This document shows positions 48,571-61,229 of a stretch of 64,000 nucleotides of DNA, piece by piece (position 1 is the first letter of the stretch; each line of letters opens with the position of its first letter). This stretch comes from Macrostomum hystrix (taxonomy: Eukaryota; Animalia; Platyhelminthes). The position numbers and the translations under genes are program-made. The stretch spans positions 62,001 to 126,000 of the forward strand of contig CATNEN010000005.1 in NCBI GenBank assembly GCA_950097015.1. The letters are read 5' to 3'. The notes below the pieces were generated by a model. It did no database searches and was not told where the DNA came from. It saw nothing but the letters and a program-made list of their open reading frames with translations.

Positions 48571-50705
48571 ATGCCTTACAACCTGCAGCCTGGCGACTTG
48601 GCGCCGCCATTCCGCACTCAAGCGGTTAAAAATGGGGAAATTTTATCGGATTTCACCCTGGAGGACGCCATGAGAAACGCTCAGTACCTGCTTCTGGCCT
48701 TTTATCCGTCCGATTTGTGAGTAATGATTCATTAAAATTCCATTGAGCATGCGTCATTTTAAACAGATATAAAAATCATGTCCAATCCAGTTGGCCGGAT
48801 GTACAGCCAGTAGTACAGCCGCAGCTATAGGCTGCATGTGTACAGCTTTCAGTCCTTGGACGATCCGAGGGGCGCCACACCCGCCCTAAAGGGCGCAAAT
48901 GGGGGCGAGTGGCAGAGCGGTTAACGCGTTTGCCTCTCACACCAATGTCCCCTGAGCTCGATTCCGCGGCGAGGCCACATTCATTTGAGGGCGCAGCCGC
49001 GGAGAGAAGGCTTGTGGGCTTGTCGTGCAATTTACACCCTTCAAGGCCAATCTCCAAGCGACAGTAAAAGTGTGCACTGCCTGACGATGAGAATGTCAGG
49101 GCAGATTTACACACCTGTGTGAGCGTGTGCCTGCTTAAAATATCTGTGCGCGCGTGTGTTCAGCGAAATGCAGAATTTTCCCCTAGCTGGCTGCGGGTCG
49201 TAGACCGTAATTTGGTAATTTGGTAACACCAAATTATGTGCCATTGCCCGCCGACCTCCTGCAATTATTTTTTATATTTAAATAAAGGGCATAAATTATA
49301 CCAGTAGAGTCGGGATTTGAACCCCTGACCATCAAGTCGTGAGTCCGACAGTCTAGCTTGCTCTTGCTCTGGCCCATTTGAGTTAGGTTTCATTTCAGCA
49401 TCCCCATTCGATTTCCTCCATTCTGCAGAACCTGAAACCCCCATTCATCCTCTAAAAAATCCTACAGTACATTTTCCTGCCCAAGCGAAGTGCTCCAGTT
49501 CGCTGAGAAAGCTGACGAGTTTGCCAGCCAGATGCAGTGTAATATAGTTTGCTGCTCAACTGACTCGGCCTATTCTCACCTGGCCTGGCTGAAGGCTCCA
49601 ACAAGCGAGCGGGGCCTCGGCTGGACTCAGCAACAGGCGGTCAGTGACGGCTCCGAGGCAGTGTTTCCAGTCTTGCTTAGCGACCAGACGCGGGAGACAA
49701 GCGAGGCATACGGCGTGCTGACGCCTGACGGAAAGGGATCCTACAGGTGTGTGGCCTTGCCCCGGTGAATTTTTGCTAAAACTTGATAAATACCAATTCT
49801 AAATGGCTGAACTTGCTACCCAATTCGCTTTTTACAGGGCCAACTTTCTGATTGGCCCCGATCGGCGCATCTGTCAGGCCACCGTCAGTGACATGCCAGT
49901 CGGTCGATGTATCGAAGAGGTTCAGCGTCAGCTTACTGAAATGCGCTCTATCGAAAGCGGTAGCGGAGGCGCCATTCGCCGATCGGCCCGTGCGACACCC
50001 GGCTGCACGCGACCGAAGATTCCTGAACAGATGCAGATACCAATGCGTTTGCAGCAGCAACAGCAACAGCATCAGCTACATCTGCCGCAGCCGCTGCGCC
50101 AGCAATTCTGTCCTCAGCATCAATATCAACCGTCTTCTGCCTCCATCGGAGTCATGACCGGTGTCACTGGCTACCAGCGTGAGCCCTTAAATATCGATCA
50201 GCCAGCCTGTTCCACTCTAGTCGTGGAGGCTGCCAACCTTGAGAAGCAGGCGGCTATGCTAAGAGTGAAGGACAGCGAAGATCGCCTGGCCTGGATGCAA
50301 GCTGAGGTTGAAAAGCTTCGAATGGAATCGGATCGGCTGAAGGTGGACACTGAGAGGCTGAAATCGGAAGCCAGACGACGCGAGGTTGAGGCTGAACGGC
50401 TGCTGTCTTGTCATTCAAACATTCAGTATGGCAAAAGCGGCGGTGGCGGCGTAGACGTTGGCGGAGTTTCCGCTAGGCTGCCAGTGGCACCCACAGCCGG
50501 TATGATCGCAGAAGATTGTAGCTGGCAAATGGCATTAAGTGCAGGAGCCAACTGCCAGGGCGGTCGACAGCCACAGCAGCAGGCGTACAATCAGTGTCAG
50601 CCCAAACAAATGGTTTTGCAGCAGCAGCAACAGCAGCTGTCTCGGTCTCATGTTTGCCGCCGTAGCAACAAAGTTGTGGCCTCCCACTTTGGGCGCAAGT
50701 GTTGA
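48571..50705 (+). CDS. AhpC/Prx1-type peroxiredoxin with ~250-aa C-terminal extension, 430 aa; exons 48571-48716, 49468-49746, 49838-50705
   Basis: MPYNLQPGDLAPPFRTQAV...YLLLAFYPSDF|TFSCPSEVLQF (peroxidatic PxxxTxxC), CSTDSAYSHLAWLKAP..RGLG, LLSDQTRETSEAYGVL, SYR|ANFLIGPD, TVSDMPVGRCIEEV. Both introns are GT-AG, phase 2. Confidence 0.92.
48785..49360 (-). mobile_element. SINE family B (CORE/MIR-like) fragments flanking an inserted SINE A in Prx intron 1
   Basis: 48785-48895 aligns with 56915-57030; 49305-49355 (GGGATTTGAACCCCTGACCATCAAGTCGTGAGTCCGAC) aligns with the tRNA head at 57120-57165. Confidence 0.6.
48901..49265 (+). mobile_element. tRNA-derived SINE family A copy
   Basis: A-box TGGCAGAGCGG, B-box-like GAGCTCGATTCC, and the shared ~330-bp body. 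Confidence 0.85.
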
Positions 50706-51368
50706 GAATGAAAATTGATGGATAAAGAAAAGAAGCAATTTTCACAAGGCCAATACAATGGAATAACAAAAGCCGTTATTTTAATTTGTATCCGCGAGTG
50801 ACTTCAATTTTATATTTGTGTTTGCCAGAATTGGTTGCTCAGTCTGTCAAACACAATTCTACATTTACACACATACGTCTAACAGCTGAGGTCAGCATTG
50901 CTACCCATTCTGTATTCGCTTTAAGCAGACGCGGACTATTTCTCGCTGCAAAATTTCGCGCCTGCCAAATACTAACAAACATAATAGTGCAAAAGTTTTA
51001 TTGCCAAATAAAATCACTTCTGCTCGAATGTACAGCAAGCTTATGCGGGCAAAATGGTCTATATGTTTGAGTTTAATTTCTACGACCGTATTCTGGCTTC
51101 GAGAATCGGCGATTTGAATTAGTTCTTGCTTTGTTACAACGAGCAGACATGTATTATGCTGTAATTCTTCACTTTTATTCTCCTATATAGGATATTTAAC
51201 CACGGGGTTAAAAATTTCGAGTACACATTCTTTCTTTTTTTCTGTATTTTCCATGAAAATCCAGAAGGCGGGCTCAAATTTTTTACTATATACGATGAAA
51301 CAACACCCAGAATCACCAAAGACATCGGCATCATCGAGATATCCAACGACTCTCATCGGGATGCCTGT

Positions 51369-51735
51369 TGGGGAGTCGGTGGCAGAGCGGTTAACGTGTT
51401 TGCCTCTCACACCAAGGTCCCTGAGCTCGATTCCGCGGCGAGGCCACATTTATTTGGGGCACAGCCGCGGAGAGAAGGCTTGGTGGCTTGTCATGCAGTT
51501 CACGCCCTTGAGGGCCAACCTCCAAGGCACAATGAATGTGTATATTACCTGACGATGAGAAAGTCGGGGCAGATGAACATACCTGTGTGAGCGTGTGCCT
51601 GTGTGCGGTATCTGTGTGCGTCTGTGCTCAGGAGTCAGCGAAATGGGCAGAATTGCCTCCTCGCTGGCTGCGGGTCTGGTGTCACCAAATGATGTGCCAT
51701 TGCCCGCAGCCCTCCTGCAGACAATTTTAATAATA
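51369..51735 (+). mobile_element. tRNA-derived SINE family A copy (near full length)
   Basis: Same head and body; ends in an AAT-rich tail. Confidence 0.85.
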
Positions 51736-52044
51736 AATAAATATGTGTCTGTTGGCCAGACCACAAATATTGGCATAGTTTTTCTGCTCACAAAATTCAT
51801 AATGTAACCATGTCGGCTATCATTCTTGAATATTTCGCAATAAAGTTTTACACAGAGCAATGTTAGTCCTCATTGTAAAAAATGTTTTTGACAAGAATTT
51901 CTGAATATCTTGACGACGCTGATGTCCGACAGATTTTGAAAGTTAGTTTATCGTAAAGGTAAGAAAAATGTAGATTCAGAATGGTGGACTTTCCCGAAAA
52001 TCGGTAATTCGGTTTGGGAGCTAACGTGAACTAGGCCTGGTCTA

Positions 52045-52215
52045 CTAGGCACCAAGGTCCTTGAGCTCGATTTCTGACCTGGATTCATATGGGGCCGCAG
52101 TCACGAAAAATAAAGGTTTGTGGGGGTTTGTTGTTCAATGTACGTCATGAACTAAGAAAACCAAGTAACAGATAGTGTGTACATTGCCTGACAAGATGTC
52201 ATGAATGCTCAGAAT
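52045..52215 (+). mobile_element. Degenerate SINE A-related fragment
   Basis: CACCAAGGTCCTTGAGCTCGATTTC...GGGGCCGCAG...CCTGACAAGATG. Confidence 0.5.
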
Positions 52216-52493
52216 TGCTCCGTTCTGCTCAATTCTGCCCCCTCTGGTTCCGATCATCGGGACTGCTTCCATGCCGTAGAGAAGGATCGGCTGCTTAATA
52301 AGCCACGCGGCATCTTGCCCTATTTCAGTTAGACTAATTTCCAAGATTGTCTAACCGCAGAGAACTCAATTCGAGTTCTATGGTAAAAGCCACCAAAGAG
52401 CTGAAGTGCAATGTGTTTATTTATTGCATTTATTTTAAGATTTCTGATCAAGATTAGCTTTGAAAGAAATTCGCTTACGAAGGCTAGCTCACA

Positions 52494-55400
52494 ATGGACC
52501 TAGCCAAGCTGCACAGGCTGGCGCTAAGAACTTCGACCTCTCTGTCCGATGCTCTTCAGTCTAGTCGCAGCATTCTGGAGGCCTTGCAGTGCACGTCAAC
52601 GTCAGAGAGGACAGAAGGTGCAAACAAGGGGCCGATGATTTCTGCCGTACGCAGCAACAGCAGCAATGGCACTCATCAGTCTGAGCCGCAGCAGCTGTCA
52701 CCTTCTGACAGCACGTGGTTAACTGGCGCGCCTCAGCCGTCAGCCCAGCCGTCGTCTTTACCAAAGGTGAGACGACAGCAGCAGCAGCAGCAGCCGCAGC
52801 AGCAAAGGAGTTCTTCGCTAGTCAGCAGGCCGCAGAGGCTCCGCAGTCACACAGCGTTTTTAACAGAGACTTCAGCAGCTCACAACAATGCCTCCAACGA
52901 GTCGCATTTAGAATCAGATGAACAGGGACTCCAAGTAAATAAGATGATTATTTCTGTTCTTGTTTTGTGGAATAAATGTCATACTCAAGGTAACATAATG
53001 CCTCCCTCGGCTAAAATTCGAACTCCCGACCTCTTGGTCACACGTGCGAAGTTCTAACCACTACAGGCTTTAAACTTTAAGTAATATTTGTGTAAACTAT
53101 GTGGCAACTCTAAGAACGTCCTTGGGGGGGTCTGTGGCAGAGCGGTCCCTGAGTTCGATTCCGCGGCGAGGCCACTTTCATTTGGGGCGCAGCCGCGGAG
53201 ACAAGGCTTGGCGGCTTGTCATGCAATTCACGCCCTTGAGGGCCAACCTCCAAGGCACAATGAATGTGTATATTACCTGATGATGAGAAAGTCGGGGCAG
53301 CTGTGCACACCGTGCGTGAGCGTGTGCCTGTGTACGGTATCTGTGTGCGTCTGTGCTCAGGAGTCAGCGAAATTAACAGAATTGCCAGAAGCACCATTTG
53401 ATGCGCCATTGCCAACAGCCCTCCTGCAGTTATCATTAGGTTGAGAACGCCCTGTAGCCTCAAATCTCAAAGGTGCCAAATGCAACTCACAATGCGCAGA
53501 TGGCGTGGGAGAAGGCCCGCAAGCGGCTGCTTCAAGTCAGAACCGGGACTGCCCTTCTTCTAACTGGCGGTGATGGCGGCAAGCTGCGCCACTCGCAATC
53601 GATGAAAACGCCAAGCGGCGACTGCTCTAACGACCGAGGCAAGTTAATTCCACAATCGTCGCAGCAGCATCGACGACGGACTGCAAAGCCGTCGCCAGCG
53701 GGGTCGTCCGCAACGGATGCTCGACCACCGCTTCCAGCTGCGACTAGTAAGAAAAAGTGCAAGCACGGGCTGGCGTCTGAAGATTCGCAGCAGAAGTCTC
53801 GTCATCAGTCGTCGACGCATTCTGCCAGCGGAGGGAAACCAGCAGGTCAAATGATTGAAACTGCAACAGCCGAGGACACCAGGTGAAGTTTTGCAATGCG
53901 CACTTCTCGATTAATAAGTTTTATGCTAGCGTGGATTTCTTATAAATAAAATTACATTCATGACGTAAGAACTTGAATTTTAGTACCTGGTTATGTTACT
54001 TATCCCTTGAGATTGTGAATTGTCCCCAGTAAAATAGCTTAACTTTCTCGCATGATCTCTTACCTCTTGATGCGCCAGTCGACGCGAGTCGTCCTGCCTT
54101 CGCTCGATCGACGGCTTGCTGCAGGCGTGTCGGCAGTCGCTGGGCCATCCATCTCTAGCTGGCGCCTACGCTGACACGGTCGTTTGTCAATCCAGAAGTC
54201 TTCTTCGTCGATTAGCCCTCTATCGAGAGCCGGAGGAGTGCCCGTTTGTGGCCTCGGCAGAGCAGCTTGACGCAGCCAGAGAGGCGGCCAGGTCCGTGAT
54301 TGCCGATGTGAAACTCTCCGGCTTGACGCAGCAACATTTTAGTCGCCTAGCCGAGGCGCTGGCACCACTGCAGACCCATTTGAAGATGCACCTCACCCCG
54401 GAGATCGCTCTGGCCGAGCTAGAGCCAGGACTTCGGCTTCGCTACTTCAGCGAGTACTGCTACCTGCTATTGGAGGACCGCAACAGGCTGCAGGTAAGAC
54501 TCGTTTATACTTTCCGTCAATATCAGACCAATCAGCTTCACTTCATGTATCATCTATCGGACCAATCAGCTTCACTTCATGTATCATCTATCGGACCAAT
54601 CAGCTTCACTTCATGTATCATCTATCGGACCAATCAGCTTCACTTCATGTATCATCTATCGGACCAATCAGCTTCACTTCATGTATCATCTATCGGACCA
54701 ATCAGCTTCATTTCATGAACTGTCTATCGTCCAAGTATCGATCGATCACGTCTATCGTACATGTACATGCTAACTTTCGTTGTACATACGTCCCTAACTC
54801 TTGGAACAGCTGTCTGCATGTTTTATCGTCGCACTCTCGCACACAGATGCAATCGTTGGAATCGTGCACTTCTAAGGCCACATCTGTGGCGGTTTGTCGA
54901 GCTAAAGTCCTGCTATGCATCGCGGCACATTTTGTCAACAGCCCCAGCTTGCTAGCCAGTATTAAATTGGATACCACTCTGCTGACGCGCTGTCATCAGA
55001 GACTTCGCCAATTGCTTCTAGATGGCTCGCCAGACAGTCGAACTGTTGAGCAACGCTTGCGCAACGGTGCCGAAGGCGTCGAGCTGGGCAACGAACTGGC
55101 TACATTGTGTGGCCAACTAATCCAAGAAGCCCAGTTGAGCACAGATGCGGCTGCAGTAGCTGCGTCAGTGGAGCAGGAAAAACATCATCAACATCATCAA
55201 CAACAACGTCAACAACATCAGCAGCAGCAGATGCAGCTACAACAGAGGTAAGAAGTGGAAGTTTTACTGATAAAGAACTGGTATTTACAATGAGAATGTA
55301 AATAACAATCAGATTTCTCCAACAGCCCAGAGTATCAGCCGCAACACAATCAGCATCAGCAACAGCAATCGCCTGACCGTCGTAGCGCATCAAGCCACCT

Positions 55401-58400
55401 GACAGGCGTCCTCGGAACAATTTGCTCAAGTGCTGATTGCGTAATACGTCATTTGAAACGCCTGGTGAATGCGACCACGTCTTGCCAGGCTCGCGCAAAC
55501 AATGAGGCCGACATTGACGACCAAGATGACGTAGAGGCTCGCGCCGCGGCAAATGCCATTGTTATCAACACCATCGGTCATCGTCTGAAACTGAGCATCG
55601 CGAATCTAACCACGGTAAGTCTTTGAAATTCAACTACAAAACTTCACATAATATTAATAATTGCAGGAGGGCTGCGGGCAATGGCACATCATTTAGTTCT
55701 GCCAATTTCGCTGACTCCTGAGCACACACGCACACAGATACTGTTGGCGAGCACACGCTCACACAGGTGTGTGCATCTGCCCTGACTTTCTCATCGTCAG
55801 AAAGTGTACACTTCACTGTGCCTTGGAGGTTGGCCTTCAAGGGCGTAAATTGCATGTCAAGCCCCCAATGAATGTGACCTCACCGCGGAATTGAGCTCAT
55901 GGACCTTGGTGCGAGAGGCAAACGCGTTAACCGCTCTGCTACCGACCACAAAGTTTCACAAGGTTTTAGTGATTTTCTAGCCGCCTTGCAAATCAATAAA
56001 ATCCCATTTGATATTGTTTCTCAGCTTCTGGAAGCGTCCGCCTGCAGTGTCCACGTGAAACCGGCTTTCCTGGCAAAGCTGGCTCAGCTCAGAGCAAGCT
56101 GCGAGTCGGATAGCCTGTCAGCTTTGCCATTCGACTTCTTCTATTCAGTGTTTACCGATACTTTACTGCTGAGGCGAAGTTTAGCCAAGAAGATGTACAA
56201 CTCGGATCCTGTCGAGGCCGGCAGCTCAGAAAACGCCGTGCCAGCCGAACAGAGCGACCAACCAACGACTGCGGCGGCTGATCGTCAGGTTCGCTGTGCG
56301 ATTATAACAAAAATAATCATGATTTCAGGGGGGGGGGTCGTGAGCACTGGCGCATCATTTAGCAGCCAGTGAATATGCAATTCTGAAAATGCCACCAATC
56401 CCTGAGCACACATGCACTCAGATACTGTACGCAGGTACACGCTCACACGCCCGGTGCTCATTCTCCTTGTGCCCTAAATGCAGTAAATTGCACGAAACGG
56501 CCGATTGAATGTGGCCTCGAGAAGCGATTCGAGCTCAGGACCTTGGTGGGAGAAAGTCTCTGACTGTCTCTGATCTATCTGATACTTAGGTACTGAATTG
56601 TATCCGTTTAAACTTTTTTAATTCTCCACATCAATGCAGAGTGCATCGGCAACGAATGCTGATGAGGTCGCTACACTGCTGGGCCTAATATCGTCCGTCA
56701 CCTGCGATCTGTACCTGGCCATCTCCGGGTCAGTTGACTCGATTGGAAATGGCAAACTTGATGACAGCGTTCTCGGTGATGCTTTTCAATCGGAGCTGAG
56801 ACAGCTCATTGCTCTGGTAGGTTGAAGCTCCAATAGCTTTGATGCAGACATTTAAAACTATTGTTATAGCTAATAGTGCAAGAAGAAAAAATAATAGATT
56901 TTACCTGATCCGATTGGACCAGATGTGCAACCCACAGCATTAACTGCAGCTATTGCGCGGCGCATCTGAAGGCTGCGTACGGCTGTTCAGTCCATGGACT
57001 GGGGGGACGCCACACCCTCCCTCAATTACCCCATGCTGGTACCCATTTGACAGCTGGGTGAACCTGAAGCAATGCAGAGTTAAGTGTCTTGCTAAAGGAC
57101 ACAAATTGTTCCAATAGGGTCGGGAATCGAACCCCCGACCTCCAAGTCGTGAGCCCGACTCTTCAGCCTAGGCTACAAGGCAGAAAATTATATGTCGATG
57201 TATCTACGTAATAAGAACGTAAATCAAGATAATATCATAATGGGTTCATATAAGGGAATTCACATTGGTTTAGGCAGTATCATCATGACGGATCCCAAAT
57301 GGGGTATTAATTACTAGTTTAATATACTAAAATTCTGCCAGGTCGCTAGCAAACACGGTTTGGCTTGCCTTGGCTCACTCAAACGTCGCCGACTTCAACA
57401 AGCCATGCTCCGACTAACTAGCTTCATGAAGAAACGTGGCGGTTGCAGCGGCGGAGGTGGCGGCGGCGGCGGCGGCGGAAGCGGTGGTTCCTCCCTGCAG
57501 GTGAAGACGGTGAAGACCCTAATTAGATTACTGCTAGAAATTCGGCTACACCTGGATAGGGCTAATCTGGCTAGCAGCGATCAACTCTGGTTAGTTGAGA
57601 AGTCTGTGTCCTTCTCTGCCTTGCCGAGGTGAGCCGTGAACTGCATTATTCACCTGTTCAAACATGCACCTACATTCTTACATCGATGCCTTATTTCACC
57701 TGATAGGTTAAGATCTTATACGATAGATTCAGATCTCACATTTTCTGACTCGGATCTCACCTGTTAGACTCGGATCTCATCTATTAGACTCGGATCTCAC
57801 CTTTTAGACTCGGATCTCACCTGTTAGACTTAAATCTCACCTGTTGGACTCGTATCTCACCACTTAGACTTGAGTCTCACCCGTATGACTCGGATCTCAC
57901 CTGTTAGACTCGGATCTCACTACTTAGACTTGAGTCTCACCCTTTAGACTCGGATCTCACCTGTTAGAGTTGGATCTCACCTCTTAGACTTGAATCTCAC
58001 CTGTTAGACTTGGATCTCAACTTTTTGAATTAAATTCCACGTTAGACTTTGATCTCACCTGTTAGACTCGGATCTCACCTCTTAGACTTGAGTCTCACCC
58101 TTTAGACTCGGATCTCACCTGTTAGACTCTATCCGGTCCCGCAGATACCTGGCTCTCCGCGGCAGCCGGGTTCTCGAGTTCACCAGCTGGTCGCAGGATA
58201 CGGCACATCTGCGTAAAATGTTGAATCCGTTCAGTAAGGATCCCGCAGTGCTTCGAATTGAACGCCAGGGCCGATGTAAAATCTCGCTCCTGCTGTCGGC
58301 GCCACATGAAGAATGCGTCAACGACTCTTCATCGGTTGGACGACGCCGTCGAATAAGGAGCTGCCAACTGGTCGTTGATCTGCGAGCCTCTAACGCAGGC

Positions 58401-58511
58401 AGCCACTCGGCATGCATCAGATTGTTGAGCAGTGCGCTAGCAGCTAACAGACTTACCCTGGAACCATTTCAGGCTACTGTACAGGTGGCTGTTAAACTCA
58501 AAGACCCGTGA
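52494..58511 (+). CDS. Unidentified ~1000-aa multi-exon protein; exons 52494-52934, 53458-53882, 54079-54493, 54847-55247, 55326-55614, 56025-56288, 56640-56816, 57342-57628, 58145-58507(+stop)
   Basis: Eight GT-AG introns chain in compatible phases (0,2,0,2,0,0,0,2) with no internal stop. The N-terminus is S/Q/K low-complexity, the middle Leu-rich and helical-looking, and the last exon beta-rich. No family recognised. Confidence 0.75.
53120..53435 (+). mobile_element. tRNA-derived SINE family A copy (intron 1), preceded by another tRNA-like head on the minus strand at ~53005-53070
   Basis: GTGGCAGAGCGG..GAGTTCGATTCCGCGGCGAGGCCAC plus the shared body. Confidence 0.85.
54515..54720. repeat. 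34-bp intronic minisatellite
   Basis: Unit TATCATCTATCGGACCAATCAGCTTCACTTCATG, ~6 copies. Confidence 0.93.
55655..55948 (-). mobile_element. tRNA-derived SINE family A copy, antisense in intron 5
   Basis: Reverse complement of head and body, with an internal deletion. Confidence 0.85.
56390..56555 (-). mobile_element. Degenerate SINE A copy, antisense in intron 6
   Basis: CCTGAGCACACATGCAC...AATGTGGCCTCG...GATTCGAGCTCAGGACCTTGGTG. Confidence 0.7.
56910..57180 (-). mobile_element. tRNA-derived SINE family B with CORE/MIR-like central block
   Basis: B-box GGTTCGATTCC on the minus strand; GAGTTAAGTGTCTTGCTAAAGGACAC...GGGAATCGAACCC resembles the antisense MIR/CORE consensus GAGGTTAAGTGACTTGCCCAAGGTCAC...GGGATTCGAACCC (from memory). 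Confidence 0.7.
57735..58130. repeat. 20-bp intronic minisatellite
   Basis: Unit GACTCGGATCTCACCTGTTA, running up to the acceptor at 58144. Confidence 0.92.
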
Positions 58512-59094
58512 GTTTGCAGGTTGAGGTTGAGATCGATTGAGTCCTTGTTCAGTTAGATGAATTGGGGTGAGATTAAACTATTTGAGGTTTTTATTAAAGG
58601 ATTTTTAGGTAAGTTAGACTGTCACATAATAGGTAAGATTACAGTTGAGATTAAAGCTTAACAGCTGAGATGGTCTTAGATTTTTAGATTTTATAATTAG
58701 TGATAGATTAAACAACTAAAATTAAATGACTTCTATAGATCTAACTTGCTAACTCACTGCTAAACTCTGGTTCTAACTGTCGGGACTAATCTAAAATATA
58801 TGAAAAGAGCTTTTTTGTTTTAATTGTTTTTACTTTAGTAAAACTAAAATTTTTCGGCGCAGTCGCTTCTTAGAAATTACAGCTTAGAAACAATGTACTG
58901 AGCATAGCATCGCGTGACACTCTCTGTGCGACAGTTTCTCTTTATGCTTTTTTCGTAGCAGCTTCTCAAACTTTAAGGGCCGCGTCAGGAAATAAAAAGG
59001 CAGGGAAGACTAGTTTTATTTGTTAGCGCGTATTTAAAGCTTTGCACAAAGCATTCGACCAAGCTGTTTTGCCGTTGCTTTTGCCTCATCTCTA

Positions 59095-60635
59095 GTTTGA
59101 CTCATCTCTCCCCTGACTCATCTCTCCCCTGACTCATCTCTCCCGTGTCTCATCTCTCCTGTGTCTCATCTCTCCCCTTACTCATCTCTCCCGTGTCTCA
59201 TCTCTCCTGTGTCTCATCTCTCCCCTGACTCATCTCTCCCCTGACTCATCTCTCGTCTGTCTCATCTCTCCCCTGACTCATCTCTCTCCTGACTCATCTC
59301 TCCCCTGACTCATCTCTCCCCTGACTCATCTCTCCCCTGACTCATCTCTCCCCTGACTTATCTCTCCCCTGACTCATCTCTCCCCTGACTCATCTCTCCC
59401 CTCACCCATCTCTCCCCTGACTCATCTCTCCCGTGTCTCATCTCTCCTGTGTCTCATCTCTCCCCTTACTCATCTCTCCCGTGTCTCATCTCTCCTGTGT
59501 CTCATCTCTCCCCTGACTCATCTCTCCCCTGACTCATCTCTCGTCTGTCTCATCTCTCCCCTGACTCATCTCTCTCCTGACTCATCTCTCCCCTGACTCA
59601 TCTCTCCCCTGACTCATCTCTCCCCTGACTCATCTCTCCCCTGACTTATCTCACCCCTGACTCATCTCTCCCCTGACTCATCTCTCCCCTCACCCATCTC
59701 TCCCCTGACTCATCTCTCCCGTGTCTCATCTCTCCTGTGTCTCATCTCTCCCCTTACTCATCTCTCCCGTGTCTCATCTCTCCTGTGTCTCATCTCTCCC
59801 CTGACTCATCTCTCCCCTGACTCATCTCTCGTCTGTCTCATCTCTCCCCTGACTCATCTCTCTCCTGACTCATCTCTCCCCTGACTTATCTCTCCCCTGA
59901 CTCATCTCTCCCCTGACTCATCTCTCCCCTGACTTATCTCTCCCCTGACTCATCTCTCCCCTGACTCATCTCTCCCCTGACTCATCTCTCCCCTGACTCA
60001 TCTCTCCCCTCACCCATCTCTCCCCTGACTCATCTCTCGTCTGTCTCATCTCTCCCCTGTCTCATCTCTCCCTGTCCAATCTCTTCCTTGTCGGATCTCT
60101 CCCGTGTCTCATCTCTCTCCTGTCTCATCTCTCCCCTGTCTCATCTCTCCCTGTCCAATCTCTTCCTTGTCGGATCTCTCCCGTGTCTCATCTCTCCCCT
60201 GACTCATCTCTCCCCTGACTCATCTCTCACCTGACTTATCTCACCCCTGACTCATCTCTCCCCTGACTCATCTCTCCCCTCACCCATCTCTCCCCTGACT
60301 CATCTCTCCCGTGTCTCATCTCTCCTGTGTCTCATCTCTCCCCTTACTCATCTCTCCCGTGTCTCATCTCTCCTGTGTCTCATCTCTCCCCTGACTCATC
60401 TCTCCCCTGACTCATCTCTCGTCTGTCTCATCTCTCCCCTGACTCATCTCTCTCCTGACTCATCTCTCCCCTGACTCATCTCTCCCCTGACTCATCTCTC
60501 CCCTGACTCATCTCTCCCCTGACTTATCTCTCCCCTGACTCATCTCTCCCCTGACTCATCTCTCCCCTGACTCATCTCTCCCCTCACGCATCTCTCCCCT
60601 GACTCATCTCTCTCCAGACTCATCTCTCCTCCGTC
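59095..60635. repeat. 16-bp pyrimidine-rich minisatellite
   Basis: Unit GACTCATCTCTCCCCT; 288-bp higher-order period (CACCC variant at 59403 and 59691). Confidence 0.97.
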
Positions 60636-61229
60636 TCCTGACAATATTGGGCCGACGATGGAAAAACGAGAATTATTAATCAAGTCTGAATAAAGCAAGG
60701 TTTATATATTTCTGCTTCAGTTTAACAGTAGTGAGACGACAAGTTAGATCAATTGCATTAGAGCAATGAAAAATCCTATGAAAAAAATAGAATCAGAAAG
60801 AAGCTATTACTTTGTTTAGGTAAGATTCTGTATGAAATAAAAAAATTGGCAATTTCTTGAACTGTAAAGTGATGAATGCTCATTTTAATTTAAATTTATT
60901 ACGGATAGGGCTCAGAGTAAAACAAAAACTTTGCTTTTAACTACTTTTAAGCGAATGAATTGTTGGTTTACCTGGTACATCGAAAGCGAAAGCGTATGTA
61001 AAAGCAGTCTTTAAGTAAAATAAACTACTTTATAGTTTTTTTACAACTTCGTTCGTTCGTTGTTTATTTTCATGGGGTCAACCCATTTGCGACTAAAAGT
61101 ACATCTGCTTTTTGAGCTGCTTGGTTAAAATTTAATTCGCAAAAAAGTTTAATTTTTACGATTGTCTCAAGTTTCAAGCTAAGTAAAAAAGTAATTGTGC
61201 AAGGAATGACAAAATCACTCTAAAAACTG

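Noticed and set aside
48901-48985. tRNA gene calls for the GTGGCAGAGCGG...TCGATTCC heads
   Set aside because: They have poor acceptor and anticodon stems and are followed by a shared ~300-bp body in dispersed copies, so they are SINE heads.
49486-49500. Apparent loss of the peroxidatic Cys if the acceptor CCCAAG|CGAAG is used
   Set aside because: The upstream acceptor CCTACAG|T (49468) restores FTFSCPSE in frame and is a better acceptor.
51545-51580. CTGA(C/T)GA...GAAA in SINE A resembling a hammerhead ribozyme core
   Set aside because: Only 3 nt lie between CUGANGA and GAAA (no stem II), there is no consistent stem III/NUH, and CTGAC instead pairs with downstream GTC(A/G)G.
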